Shown piece after piece: positions 1 to 10,111 of a DNA stretch of 64,000 nucleotides. Positions within the stretch are counted from its first letter, which is position 1; each line of letters starts with the position of its first letter. The DNA is taken from the NCBI GenBank assembly GCA_965249135.1, contig OZ252220.1:1600001-1664000 (forward strand). The letters run 5' to 3'. Origin of the DNA: Alphaproteobacteria bacterium (GTDB lineage: Bacteria; Pseudomonadota; Alphaproteobacteria; GCA-2746255). A program made the translations under genes and the position numbers. The notes below the pieces were generated by a model that did no database searches, was not told the origin of the DNA, and saw only the letters and a program-made list of their open reading frames with translations.

Positions 1-494
1 TCCGTTCGCCTTTCGGCCTCGGCGTGCAAGGGATGCGCAGGCGGCGGGAAGATGGGCGGCTCGAAGAGCGTGGCACCTTCCCAGAAACGGCGTTTTCGCA
101 TGGAACCGAGCCTGAGGGCCGCGACCGCGTTCAGGGAATGCGCCGCGTAGTAAAGCGGCGCCGTCCCGATCTCGTTGCGTACGCTTTCGGTGACCACCTC
201 CAAATCGGTCGCGAAGGCATCCATGTTGTAATGAAGATCAAGCTCGGTCTCCGGCGCGGACGAGCCGCCATGCCCCCGCGCATCGAAAGTGAACACGGTG
301 GCCTGCAACGCCAGTTCTTCGAGGAGTTGCAGATAGGAGCCGGCCGCCATGCCGTTCGCATGGCCGAAAAGAATGACCGGTCCCTCCTGAACCGGTCCGA
401 TCATCCGGTAAAGCTTGAGCTGGATTCCGTTTGGGCGAAGCACCGCATTCGCTTCGGCCTTTTCATGGGGGATCGAACGAAAGGTCTCCGACAT
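1..494 (-). CDS. alpha/beta-fold hydrolase, runs off the window start (absent from the ORF track)
   Basis: Manual translation from ATG 494: MSETFRSIPH...VILFGHANG...VFTFDARGHGGS...YYAAHSLNAVAAL...LFEPP; typical oxyanion, DxRGHG and nucleophile-elbow segments. Confidence 0.8.
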   Translation of the reverse strand, partial: MSETFRSIPHEKAEANAVLRPNGIQLKLYRMIGPVQEGPVILFGHANGMAAGSYLQLLEELALQATVFTFDARGHGGSSAPETELDLHYNMDAFATDLEVVTESVRNEIGTAPLYYAAHSLNAVAALRLGSMRKRRFWEGATLFEPPIFPPPAHPLHAEAERRT

Positions 495-516
495 AAAAAT
501 TTGCCTTAAGCACGAC

Positions 517-1155
517 TTAGCGACGCCGCGGTCCGACTTTGCGCTTTTTGTACGGGTCTCGAAGTTCGAAGAGTTTTGGATTGAACGCCTTGCCGAATTC
601 CGCATTTAGCAGGCCGACACGCGTCGTCAATCCTTGCGCATCCGTCACTTCCCATTGACGAAGCGCGAAGGGAGCTTCGCTGAAAACGAGGGTTAGCTTG
701 CCGGCCTTGGGGTCTTCCGTCTCGATGAGTTGGATGCGGACGGCGCCGGGCGTCTTCTCGACCGCCGTCACCGTAATCTCGCCGTTGAGTCGGATCTTTT
801 CCTGAAGCAGAAACGCGGCCGGTGTCGATGAAAGCGGAAGGTAGGTAACTTCCTCGAGCTCTTTGTCCTGGTAGGCGAGCCAATCGTCGGCCGCGATAAG
901 CAAGAGCGGTACGGGCGGATCGTATTCGATCCGCATCCGCCCGGGTCGTGCGAGGTAGACGTCGCCTTCCGCCAGTTCTCCGCTCGGCCCCACCTGGACG
1001 AAGCGGGCATGGATCGTCGTGAGGCGATTGAGATAGCTCTCGACCCGGTCGATCGCTGCGCGCAGTTCCGGCGCGAATTCCGTCTTCGCGGCGACGGCGT
1101 CCGCGGAAAGGGTTGCAAACCCTAAAAGAAGAGCGAAGGTAAAGCAGTTGCGCAA
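517..1155 (-). CDS. lolA: outer-membrane lipoprotein carrier LolA family protein
   Basis: Signal peptide, ARFVQ...RPGRMRIEY motif; directly downstream of ftsK. Confidence 0.88.
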   Translation of the reverse strand: MRNCFTFALLLGFATLSADAVAAKTEFAPELRAAIDRVESYLNRLTTIHARFVQVGPSGELAEGDVYLARPGRMRIEYDPPVPLLLIAADDWLAYQDKELEEVTYLPLSSTPAAFLLQEKIRLNGEITVTAVEKTPGAVRIQLIETEDPKAGKLTLVFSEAPFALRQWEVTDAQGLTTRVGLLNAEFGKAFNPKLFELRDPYKKRKVGPRRR

Positions 1156-1182
1156 CAGGAGTAAGCCTCGACCGAGATTTCT

Positions 1183-3576
1183 TTACGAAGGAACCTTGTC
1201 TGGTTCACCGATTAAAACTTCGCGCTTGCCGACATGGTTGGCAGGACTGACGAGGCCATCCGCCTCCATCTGGTCCATGATCCGCGCCGCCCGATTGTAA
1301 CCGATTTGAAGGTGGCGTTGGATGAAGCTTGTGGAGGCCTTGCCCTCGCGGCGGATAAGGCCGACGGCCTGGGCGTAAAGGTCGCCGGCTTCGCCTTCAG
1401 GAAGCGAGGCGAAGGCGTCGTCTTCCTCTGCCGTGATCTGTTCGAGATAGTCCGGCTCGCCCTGTTCCTTCAGGAAATTGACGACGCGCTCGACCTCTTT
1501 GTCGCTGACGAGGGGGCCGTGGATACGGGTGATCCGCCCGCCGCCGGTCATGTAAAGCATGTCGCCCTGGCCTAGCAGCTGTTCGGCTCCCTGGTCGCCG
1601 AGGATCGTGCGGCTGTCGATCTTGGAAGTGACCTGAAAACTAATCCGGGTCGAGAAGTTTGCCTTAATCGTGCCGGTCACCACGTCGACGGAAGGACGCT
1701 GTGTCGCCATGATCAGGTGCACGCCGGCGGCACGGGCCATTTGCGACAGACGCTGAATGGCCATCTCGACGTCCTTGCCGGCAATCAGCATCAGGTCCGC
1801 CATTTCATCGACGACGACGACGATGTAGGGAAGCGGGGTGAGATCAAAAGGCTGTTCTTCAAACACCGGTTTTCCGGTTTCCGGATCGAAACCCGTTTGA
1901 ATGGTCCGCGTAAGAATTTCGCCCTTGTTTTTTGCTTCCGCGACGCGCGCGTTGTAATTGTCGATGTTGCGCACGCCCAGCTTCGACATGGAGCGGTATC
2001 GGTTCTCCATTTCGCGAACGACCCATTTCAGCGCGACGATGGCTTTCCTTGGTTCTGTGACAACCGGATGCAAGAGATGCGGGATGGCGGCGTAAGTCGA
2101 TAGTTCCAGCATTTTCGGATCGATCAGAATCAGTTTGCACTTCTCTGGAGACAGCTGGTAAAGTAGCGACAGGATCATTGTGTTGATGGCCACCGACTTG
2201 CCCGATCCGGTCGTGCCCGCGATGAGAAGATGTGGCATGCGAGCGAGATCGACCGTGACGGGGCTGCCGCCGATGTCTTTCCCAAGAACGAGCGTCAGGC
2301 TCTGAGTCGTTTTCTCGAAAGCCGAAGACGAAAGAAGTTCGCGCAAATACACCGTCTCGCGGCCGGCGTTCGGAAGCTCGATCCCGATGACGTTGCGTCC
2401 GGGTACGACGGCGACGCGAACGGACACGGCACTCATCGAGCGCGCGATGTCGTCGGACAGCCCGATGACGCGCGAGGTCTTCGTTCCCGGTGCGGGTTCG
2501 AGTTCATAAAGAGTGACGATGGGGCCGGGACGCACCTTGATGATTTCACCACGCACGCCGAAATCGTCGAGCACGGATTCCAAGAGACGGGCATTCTGCT
2601 CGAGCGCGGTTTCATCGATCTGGGCGATGGTCGCCACCTTCGGCGGCGCATCCAGGAAATCGAGCGGCGGAAGCTCGAACGCTTCCCCGGCAAGCAGATG
2701 GAATTTTGGCTCCCGTTCGGCCTTCACGCGTTTGCCAAGGGCAAGCCCTTTCGTGCGCGGTGCGATCCGGCTTGCTTCCTTTTCGAACGCTGCGGTCTGC
2801 GCAGGAACCTGCTCGGGTGGTGCCTCAAACACGGGCGCCGCCGCGCTTGCGGGCGCATCCTCTTCGTTGCGCGAGGCAAAGAAATGGCGCAGATCCAGCC
2901 CCTCGCGGAGAAAGGCAAGTCCGCCAAGGGCCGCCCGATGGGCAAGCCGCAAGCAGACTTGGCCGCCGCGTAAGAGCCAAGCGCCAAGGAAGACGAGGCC
3001 ACGCGCCGCCGCCTGCCATTCCCGGCGATCGAAACCAAGCGCCGGCAGGAAGGTGAAAAGCGTGAAGATGGCCGCGGTCGCGCCGATCATGCCCGGAGCA
3101 AGCGGCAGCTCAAGGGCCACGATCTCGCGGAAAAAAAGGGCGCCGGTAAACCCACCGAGGCCGCCTTCCAGCTGCCAGCCTTCCGGGCTCGCGAAGCTGG
3201 TGGCGGCAAGGGTTGCGCCAAGCAACGCGAAGGGAAGCAGGGCAAGCCGCATCCAGAAGCGCCCGATCCCCCGTTTCGAGAGGATCCGCCAGCTCCAGGC
3301 CAAAAGCAGCGGCACCAGAAGCAAGGAGGCGAGGCCGATCGTTTGCAAGAGAAAGTCTGCCGCCATCGCGCCCGCTGGCCCAAGCCAGTTGGCGATGGGC
3401 CCGTCGCCCGCACTGTTCAGCGATGGATCGGCGGCCGCGTAGCTGAATAACGCCAGCCCAAGCGCTGCGGCCAGGAGCGCAAAGAAAAGGCCGGCCGCCT
3501 CGATCAGGCGACGGCGCAGGAATTCACGGATGCCGGCCGGGAGAAAGGTTGTTTTTCTGGAACTTACCGATCGCAT
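1183..3576 (-). CDS. ftsK: DNA translocase FtsK
   Basis: N-terminal TM domain, HLLIAGTTGSGKS Walker A, ATQRPSVDV, C-terminal gamma domain (IGYNRAAR). Confidence 0.97.
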   Translation of the reverse strand: MRSVSSRKTTFLPAGIREFLRRRLIEAAGLFFALLAAALGLALFSYAAADPSLNSAGDGPIANWLGPAGAMAADFLLQTIGLASLLLVPLLLAWSWRILSKRGIGRFWMRLALLPFALLGATLAATSFASPEGWQLEGGLGGFTGALFFREIVALELPLAPGMIGATAAIFTLFTFLPALGFDRREWQAAARGLVFLGAWLLRGGQVCLRLAHRAALGGLAFLREGLDLRHFFASRNEEDAPASAAAPVFEAPPEQVPAQTAAFEKEASRIAPRTKGLALGKRVKAEREPKFHLLAGEAFELPPLDFLDAPPKVATIAQIDETALEQNARLLESVLDDFGVRGEIIKVRPGPIVTLYELEPAPGTKTSRVIGLSDDIARSMSAVSVRVAVVPGRNVIGIELPNAGRETVYLRELLSSSAFEKTTQSLTLVLGKDIGGSPVTVDLARMPHLLIAGTTGSGKSVAINTMILSLLYQLSPEKCKLILIDPKMLELSTYAAIPHLLHPVVTEPRKAIVALKWVVREMENRYRSMSKLGVRNIDNYNARVAEAKNKGEILTRTIQTGFDPETGKPVFEEQPFDLTPLPYIVVVVDEMADLMLIAGKDVEMAIQRLSQMARAAGVHLIMATQRPSVDVVTGTIKANFSTRISFQVTSKIDSRTILGDQGAEQLLGQGDMLYMTGGGRITRIHGPLVSDKEVERVVNFLKEQGEPDYLEQITAEEDDAFASLPEGEAGDLYAQAVGLIRREGKASTSFIQRHLQIGYNRAARIMDQMEADGLVSPANHVGKREVLIGEPDKVPS

Positions 3577-3728
3577 CCTTCAGATCTCATGGGTTCAAGG
3601 CGCGCCCATCTTAATCCGGCCGCGCGCCGGGAAACAAGCCTTCCGCCCCGAAATACCACATCATCTTGCGGGGAACTTGCGTCAAAACCCCTAGATGTGT
3701 GCGTTGCGGGCCGAAGGCAGGGGATGCG

Positions 3729-3761
3729 AAAAAAAGCCCGGAAGGGAACCCCCTTCCGGGC
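3729..3761 (-). terminator. Rho-independent terminator after amtB
   Basis: GCCCGGAAGGG/CCCTTCCGGGC stem followed by a T7 run on the minus strand. Confidence 0.8.
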
Positions 3762-3788
3762 AAGAGTGCTGAAAATTGGAGGGCACGC

Positions 3789-5087
3789 CTAAAGCACGCT
3801 TTCCCCGTGGAGGCGGATGTCGAGGCCTTCGCGCTCGTCCTCCTCCTTCACGCGGATCCCGATGACGAGATCGATCACCTTCAGCAGGATGAAGGAGACG
3901 ACGGCGCAATAGCCGATCGTGGCACCGATGCCGTAGGCTTGCGTCAACACCTGACCGGGGTTGCCTTCGATAAGGCCGGCCGTCCCGCCGATCGCCTCGA
4001 CGGCGAAGACGCCGGTCAGCAGGGCGCCGACGATGCCGCCGAGCCCATGGACGGCGAAGACGTCGAGCGAATCGTCGTAACCGAGCTTACGTTTCAGCCA
4101 GGTCGCTCCCCAGAAGCAGACGATGCCAGCCGCGACGCCGATGCAAAGCGCGCCCATCGGGTCGACGTAACCAGAAGCCGGCGTGATCGCGACGAGGCCG
4201 GTCACCGCACCCGAGGCGATGCCGAGCACGCTGGGTTTCCCATGGGCAATCCATTCCACGGACATCCAGGCCAACGCCGCCGCCGCGGTCGCGATTTGGG
4301 TCACCGCCATCGCCATGCCGGCGAGCCCATCGGCTGCCACGGCGGAGCCGGCGTTGAAGCCGAACCAGCCGACCCATAGGAAGGAAGCGCCCATGATCGT
4401 CAGCACCAAATTGTGCGGCATGATGACTTCCTTGCCATAGCCGGTGCGGGGGCCAAGGACGAGGCACGCCACAAGTGCTGCGACGCCGGAATTGATATGG
4501 ACGACGGTGCCGCCAGCGAAGTCCAAGACCCCGATATCGCCCAGGAAACCGCCGCCCCACACCCAATGGGTAATCGGCGAATAGACCAGGATGGACCACG
4601 CGGCCAAGAACAGAAGAAGAGCGGAAAACTTCATCCGTTCGGCGATCGCCCCGGTGATGAGAGCGGCCGTGATGATGGCGAAGGTAAGCTGGAAGATGAT
4701 GAAGACGGACTCCGGAATCGAGCCGTTGATCTGTTCGAGCTCAAGCGTCTTCAAAAACAAATTGCTTAAGTCCCCAACATAGGCGCCGCCTGCACCGAAG
4801 GCGAGGCTGTAGCCGATGATCATCCAGATGATGGTGATCATGCAGGTGACCGTGAAGCTTTGCATGGCGGTGGCAAGGACGTTCGGTTTGCGCACCATGC
4901 CGCCGTAGAAAAGGGCGACCCCCGGGATCGTCATCAACAAGACCAGCGCGGTGGCGGTCAGCATCCAGGCGGTGTCTCCGCTGTTCAGACTGGGCGCCGC
5001 CTCGGCCGTCGCAGCAAGCGCTTCCTCAGCAAACGCCGACCCGCTCGAGGCGGTCAGCGCGAAAATTGCAAATAGCAGTCTCCTCAT
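3789..5087 (-). CDS. amtB: ammonium transporter AmtB
   Basis: DFAGGTVVH, LWVGWFGFNAGS and DDSLDVFAVHG motifs; follows the P-II gene. Confidence 0.97.
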   Translation of the reverse strand: MRRLLFAIFALTASSGSAFAEEALAATAEAAPSLNSGDTAWMLTATALVLLMTIPGVALFYGGMVRKPNVLATAMQSFTVTCMITIIWMIIGYSLAFGAGGAYVGDLSNLFLKTLELEQINGSIPESVFIIFQLTFAIITAALITGAIAERMKFSALLLFLAAWSILVYSPITHWVWGGGFLGDIGVLDFAGGTVVHINSGVAALVACLVLGPRTGYGKEVIMPHNLVLTIMGASFLWVGWFGFNAGSAVAADGLAGMAMAVTQIATAAAALAWMSVEWIAHGKPSVLGIASGAVTGLVAITPASGYVDPMGALCIGVAAGIVCFWGATWLKRKLGYDDSLDVFAVHGLGGIVGALLTGVFAVEAIGGTAGLIEGNPGQVLTQAYGIGATIGYCAVVSFILLKVIDLVIGIRVKEEDEREGLDIRLHGESVL

Positions 5088-5096
5088 GGGGGTCTC

Positions 5097-5492
<396 letters not shown>

Positions 5493-5575
5493 GAATCCGG
5501 TAGTTAGTTAACTCATTGAATTACATGTATAATTTTTTAAAGTCCCCGGGCGCAGCACGGCCGCGCTCAAGAATC

Positions 5576-5621
5576 CGCCCAGTTTTTGGGCAGGTGCTCC
5601 GTTTTGATCAAAAACTGGGCA
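5576..5621. promoter_or_regulatory. two NtrC-type enhancer sites
   Basis: 17-bp CGCCCAGTTTTTGGGCA (5576-5592) and TGATCAAAAACTGGGCA (5605-5621), upstream of the sigma54 promoter; IHF-like ATTCAATGAGTTA at 5509-5521 (-) lies between them and the promoter. Confidence 0.65.
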
Positions 5622-5727
5622 GATTCGAGGGCCCAACCCCGCCTCCGGCTGGACAGACGCCCAAGGACGGGCGATGGTGCGGCCTGCGGCCAGGGAGAAG
5701 CGCCAGGGAGAGGCGGAAGGCGAAACC

Positions 5728-6951
5728 ATGACGGAACGCACGGAAGCGGTGATCATCGGCGGTGGCCTCATCGGGCTCACCCTCGGCATCGCGCTTGGCC
5801 GTTCCGGTATCGAAACGGTCGTCGTCGAGCGGGAATCGCCGAAGCGGGTTCGCAATGCCGCCTTCGACGGCCGCACCTCTGCAATCGCATTTGGTTCGCG
5901 CCAGGTGCTGGAGGCTTTAGGCCTTTGGGAGGCGATGGAAGGGCAAGCGGAGCCCATCCTCGACATCCGGGTGGCGGACGGCGATTCGCTTCTCTTTCTC
6001 CACTACGACCATCGCGACGTGGGCTCGGACCCCTTCGGCCACATCCTCGAGAATCGGTATTTGCGTAAAACCCTTCTCGAAAGCGCAGACAAGGTGCCGG
6101 CGCTTAAATTGAAGGCGCCGGCAGAAGTGCGGCATCTCGAACGCGATGCCCATGGTGTTACCGCGTATCTTGATTCCGGCGAGACGATCAAGGGGCAAAT
6201 CGCGATCGCAGCGGACGGGCGGAACTCGCCGATGCGCAAGCAAGCCGGCATTCGCGCTTTACGTTGGGCGTACCCGCAAACGGCGATCGTCTGCACGGTG
6301 CGCCATGAAAGGCCCCATCGGGGCGTTGCCGTCGAACACTTTCTCCCCGCCGGGCCCTTCGCGATTCTTCCGATGACGGAGCAACGATCCTCGATCGTCT
6401 GGACGGAACAAAGCACGCTCACGCCGACGCTGCTTGAACTCGAAGCGGGTGCCTTCCTTCGGGAGCTTGCGCGTCGCTTCGGGGATTACCTGGGCGCGCT
6501 TGAAGTGGTGGGCCAGCGCTGGCCCTATCCGCTCTCCCTCGTGCTCGCCGAACGCTATTTAAGCGATCGGCTCGTGCTTGTCGGTGACGCGGCCCACGGC
6601 ATCCACCCGATCGCCGGCCAGGGACTGAATTTGGGCTTTCGGGACGTAGCGAGCTTGGCGGAATGTCTCGTCGATACCCACCGGCTGGGCCTCGACTTAG
6701 GTTACGGCGTCCATCTCGAACGCTACCAGCGGCTGCGCAGGTTCGACAATTTCCTGATGGCGGCGGCGACGGACGGGCTCAACCGGCTTTTCTCGAACGA
6801 CGTCGCCCCCCTTCGCCTCATTCGGGATACCGGCCTTGCCGCCGTCAATCGGTTTTCGCCTTTGAAGCGGCGTCTCATGCGTCACGCCATGGGCATGCCT
6901 GCGCGCGGCTTGGAGAAGGGGCCGCGACTGATCCGCGGCCTTCCCCTTTGA
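5728..6951 (+). CDS. ubiH: UbiH/UbiL-family FAD-dependent ubiquinone biosynthesis hydroxylase
   Basis: GGGLIG, ADGRNS, GDAAHGIHPIAGQGLNLGFRD; ATG 5728 preferred. Confidence 0.88.
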   Translation: MTERTEAVIIGGGLIGLTLGIALGRSGIETVVVERESPKRVRNAAFDGRTSAIAFGSRQVLEALGLWEAMEGQAEPILDIRVADGDSLLFLHYDHRDVGSDPFGHILENRYLRKTLLESADKVPALKLKAPAEVRHLERDAHGVTAYLDSGETIKGQIAIAADGRNSPMRKQAGIRALRWAYPQTAIVCTVRHERPHRGVAVEHFLPAGPFAILPMTEQRSSIVWTEQSTLTPTLLELEAGAFLRELARRFGDYLGALEVVGQRWPYPLSLVLAERYLSDRLVLVGDAAHGIHPIAGQGLNLGFRDVASLAECLVDTHRLGLDLGYGVHLERYQRLRRFDNFLMAAATDGLNRLFSNDVAPLRLIRDTGLAAVNRFSPLKRRLMRHAMGMPARGLEKGPRLIRGLPL

Positions 6952-6970
6952 GAGCGCGCTTAAGGGGGCT

Positions 6971-7174
6971 TTACGTTTTTACTTCGCTCTCGTCCAGCGC
7001 GCGTGCCTCGTCGACCAGCATGATCGGGATGCCGTCGCGAATGGGATAGGCGAGCTTCGCCCGGTCGCTGATCAGTTCCTGGCGTTCTGGATCCAAACGA
7101 AGCGGCCCTTTCGTGAGCGGGCAGACGAGGATTTCCAGAAGCTTCGGATCGACGCCGGCTTTTCCTTCTCCCAT
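6971..7174 (-). CDS. Trm112/YcaR family protein
   Basis: [11 protein letters not shown]...[13 protein letters not shown]. Confidence 0.92.
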   Translation of the reverse strand: MGEGKAGVDPKLLEILVCPLTKGPLRLDPERQELISDRAKLAYPIRDGIPIMLVDEARALDESEVKT

Positions 7175-7189
7175 GAAACCGTTCTCCTT

Positions 7190-7834
7190 CTAATTCGGCC
7201 GGATGCCATCGCCCGTGCCGGGTGCCAGAAGGGCCATTTCCAAAAGCGCCGTTAACACCTGGCTGCGGTCGGCAAGGTTCGGGCATTCGAGCAACGCCTG
7301 CTTTTCGTTCGACTCGAACGGGCAGGTCATGGCAAGCGAGACGATGAGCTGTTCGTCCGGAAGCGCGGTGACGGCCTTCCATTCGACCTCGATCGAGTTT
7401 TGCTGCAGGAACAGGCGAAGGACGTCCAGCAACCGGTTGCGGTCGATCTGATCGCCGGCTTCCGGCATCTGATCCTCGGAGAAGTTGGAATAGTCGGTGA
7501 CGACGCGGCGATACCCGTTCTGCTCGGGCAGTTCGCGAACGCAATCGAAGCGGCTGACACCTGTCAGCATAATGAGAAAACGTTCGCCCCCCGTTTCGTT
7601 GAAGGCAGTGATGCGGCCGATGCACCCGGTTCGGTAAATCTCCAGCGTGTCCGACTTGTCGTCGGCCTTCAGCGGCTGCACCATCCCGATGATGCGATCG
7701 TTCGCCATTGTGTCGTGAATCATGTTGAGGTAGCGCGGCTCGAAGATATTGAGCGGAAGTACGCCACGCGGTAAAAGCAGCGCGCCGCTTAAGGGGAAGA
7801 TCGGAACGATTCCTGGCAGTTTGTCTTCCAGCAT
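7190..7834 (-). CDS. LON peptidase substrate-binding domain protein
   Basis: PIFPL.GALLLP...LNIFEPRY, EKQALLE; conserved ybbN-LON-trm112 order. Confidence 0.9.
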   Translation of the reverse strand: MLEDKLPGIVPIFPLSGALLLPRGVLPLNIFEPRYLNMIHDTMANDRIIGMVQPLKADDKSDTLEIYRTGCIGRITAFNETGGERFLIMLTGVSRFDCVRELPEQNGYRRVVTDYSNFSEDQMPEAGDQIDRNRLLDVLRLFLQQNSIEVEWKAVTALPDEQLIVSLAMTCPFESNEKQALLECPNLADRSQVLTALLEMALLAPGTGDGIRPN

Positions 7835-7835
7835 C

Positions 7836-8747
7836 TTACGCAAACAAAAGCGTTGAGAGTTGCCTGCGCCCTGCGACCGTCAACGGATCTTCCGGCCCGA
7901 GGGCTTCGAAGAATTTCAGAAGCTGTGTATGCGCCGCCTTGTCGTTCCATTGGCGATCGCGGCGGATGATCTCAATCAGGGATTCGATCGCCGCTTCGCG
8001 ATCGTCGCTTGCGAACTCGGCCATGGCAAGCTCGTAGCGCACGGCATGATCGTTCGGGTTTTCCGCAAGCTTCGCCGAGAGCACTTCCGTTTCTTGCGAA
8101 GGGATGGCCTGTTCGGCAAGCTCGAGGCGGGCCCGGATGCCGGCGATGGCCGGGTGGTTGCGCAGTTTTTCGGGCACCTCTTCGAGATAGGCCTTGGCGG
8201 ATGGTTCGTCGTCGGAGGCAAGGAAGCTTTCGATGATACCGGCCAGCGCATCGGCGTTTTCCGGATCCTGTCCGAGGATGTTGGAGTAAAGCGCCTGGGC
8301 GCTACCGACGTCGTCTGCATCAATCGCTTTCTTCGCCGTCTCAAGTGCTGCGGCCGTTTGATCGGCGACAGGCGCGCCGAGCATGCGCTCGAAGAACTGA
8401 CGCAGACCCTCTTCCGGGATCGGCCCCATGAAGCCGTTCGCCGGCGTGCCGTTCTGAAAGACCAGCACGGCCGGCACCGTCTGGAGCTGCAATTGCTGGA
8501 CGATCTCGGGGTATTGCTGGACGTTGATCTTGACGAGGCGGACCCGCGCACCGGCTTCCCGCGCCAGGCGCTCGATGAGCGGCGTGAACTGCTCACAGGC
8601 CGGGTTCGGCATCCAGAAATAGACGAAGACGGGGGCCTGTTTCGATGGCTCGACGACGTCCTCGAGGAAGCCTTGCGGGCTTCCTTCGACGATCGTCGGG
8701 AGGTCGGCGCCATCCGCAAGCAGCGGCGGGTCGGTCATCGGGTCCAT
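7836..8747 (-). CDS. ybbN: thioredoxin-TPR co-chaperone YbbN/CnoX
   Basis: Thioredoxin fold plus TPRs, C-terminal GRRQLSTLLFA. Confidence 0.88.
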   Translation of the reverse strand: MDPMTDPPLLADGADLPTIVEGSPQGFLEDVVEPSKQAPVFVYFWMPNPACEQFTPLIERLAREAGARVRLVKINVQQYPEIVQQLQLQTVPAVLVFQNGTPANGFMGPIPEEGLRQFFERMLGAPVADQTAAALETAKKAIDADDVGSAQALYSNILGQDPENADALAGIIESFLASDDEPSAKAYLEEVPEKLRNHPAIAGIRARLELAEQAIPSQETEVLSAKLAENPNDHAVRYELAMAEFASDDREAAIESLIEIIRRDRQWNDKAAHTQLLKFFEALGPEDPLTVAGRRQLSTLLFA

Positions 8748-8914
8748 CGGCGGCTTTCCTTAAGGCTTAAAAAGGCGATCTTTTCGTTGGGGGGCGAATC
8801 ATGGGGGTTCGGGAGGCTTCGCGCAAGCCCGGCAAACGGGCTTGAATTCGAAGGCGCTTTGCCTAGACTCCGCCCTTCCGGGGGTCTTCGGTATAACCGG
8901 AGATCCCGGCGGAT

Positions 8915-8989
8915 GCGGGCGTAGCTCAGGGGTAGAGCGCAACCTTGCCAAGGTTGAAGTCGTGGGTTCGAATCCCATCGCCCGCTCCA
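8915..8989 (+). tRNA. tRNA-Gly(GCC)
   Basis: GCGGGCG acceptor, CAACC-TTGCCAA-GGTTG anticodon arm, GGTTCGAATCC, CCA end. Confidence 0.97.
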
Positions 8990-9178
8990 TTTCTCAAAGA
9001 CAAGAAAAGCCGCCGATCGCCACGGACTTGCGCCGGGCGGGGCCGATTCTGTCAATCGTTATGGGCGCCGGGGAACATTGGCTTGGGGTCGCGGTTACCG
9101 GCGGGTTACAGATTCTGTAATGGGAGAATGCCTTACAGAGCTGTTAGCTAAGATTTAGCTAGGTAATTAGCTAAGTAA

Positions 9179-9706
9179 CTAGGTCGCGTGAACGTGACCT
9201 ACACTACGCTTCCGCGAATACTCAAATGCTTTGTCGGTGGCTACCTCAACATCTTCGAGTGAAGCGCGCAGTAGCACCGTTATTAAACTGAGCGTGAAAC
9301 GCTCAATTCCAAAAATTACGGCTAAAAATGGATTCGCGGCATACACAGATAACAAGAACAAGCGATCAATTGTCTCAATGTCACGCTTCAAATCCGGATC
9401 TAAAACAGTCCACATTTCACGCGACTTGCGGCGCTGTTTCTTGCTCAACATCATTTGCAACCAAATGAAGGGCGTAAAAATAATTACAAGAATCAAAATC
9501 CAACGGTTATAGGCCTGATTTAACATGAACTCGATTACTATGCGGTGATGAGCACTAAGATTGGAATTAGAAAGCATTTTTTCACCAAGCTCACCTAATT
9601 CCAGACGCAGCGGCTGTACAGCCCTCGCCAATCTAAGATGAAGAAACGAATAGAGGGCCAACGCTAGCGCTATATAAAGTACTAACTCGCCCAATTCAAT
9701 TATCAT
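9179..9706 (-). CDS. hypothetical membrane protein (AT-rich)
   Basis: 175 aa, 2-3 hydrophobic segments, AGGA SD, composition unlike the host. Confidence 0.7.
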   Translation of the reverse strand: MIIELGELVLYIALALALYSFLHLRLARAVQPLRLELGELGEKMLSNSNLSAHHRIVIEFMLNQAYNRWILILVIIFTPFIWLQMMLSKKQRRKSREMWTVLDPDLKRDIETIDRLFLLSVYAANPFLAVIFGIERFTLSLITVLLRASLEDVEVATDKAFEYSRKRSVGHVHAT

Positions 9707-10019
9707 TGTTTGTCCTATCGTCGTCTAAGAGCGGCAAGCGCAGATGCAATTGCTCCCTCTGCGAATCACGGACACCATTATATTGGTCTATATGTTGATG
9801 CCTTTCAAGTCTCTTCTGTGAACGTAAATAAACAGTAAAAACGAGGGCAATCAAGGTTACGATAAAAAGCCAAGGGTTCCTTTCAGCCTAATTCAGATAC
9901 CCAAAAAACATTCGTTCGACTGCATCGACAATATATCGCAGCCCATCTTCACTAAACCGCCAGGTGGAAGTTTCGCCTTCAATTTCTAGCGCGGAGTTTG
10001 ATTTTGAATCATTGGCCAT
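9696..10019 (-). pseudogene. single-TM hypothetical protein interrupted by an in-frame TAG at 9890-9888
   Basis: Manual translation: 108 codons, ATG 10019 to TGA 9696, one internal amber; overlaps the start of the next gene by 11 nt. Confidence 0.6.
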
Positions 10020-10111
10020 TAGCCAACTACGGCAGATACTAGTTAGGGTTGCAAGCTGGCCGTTACATTAGCCTAATTTCAAAGCTTTTTTCTTCTTCGG
10101 TTTGTGCGTCG

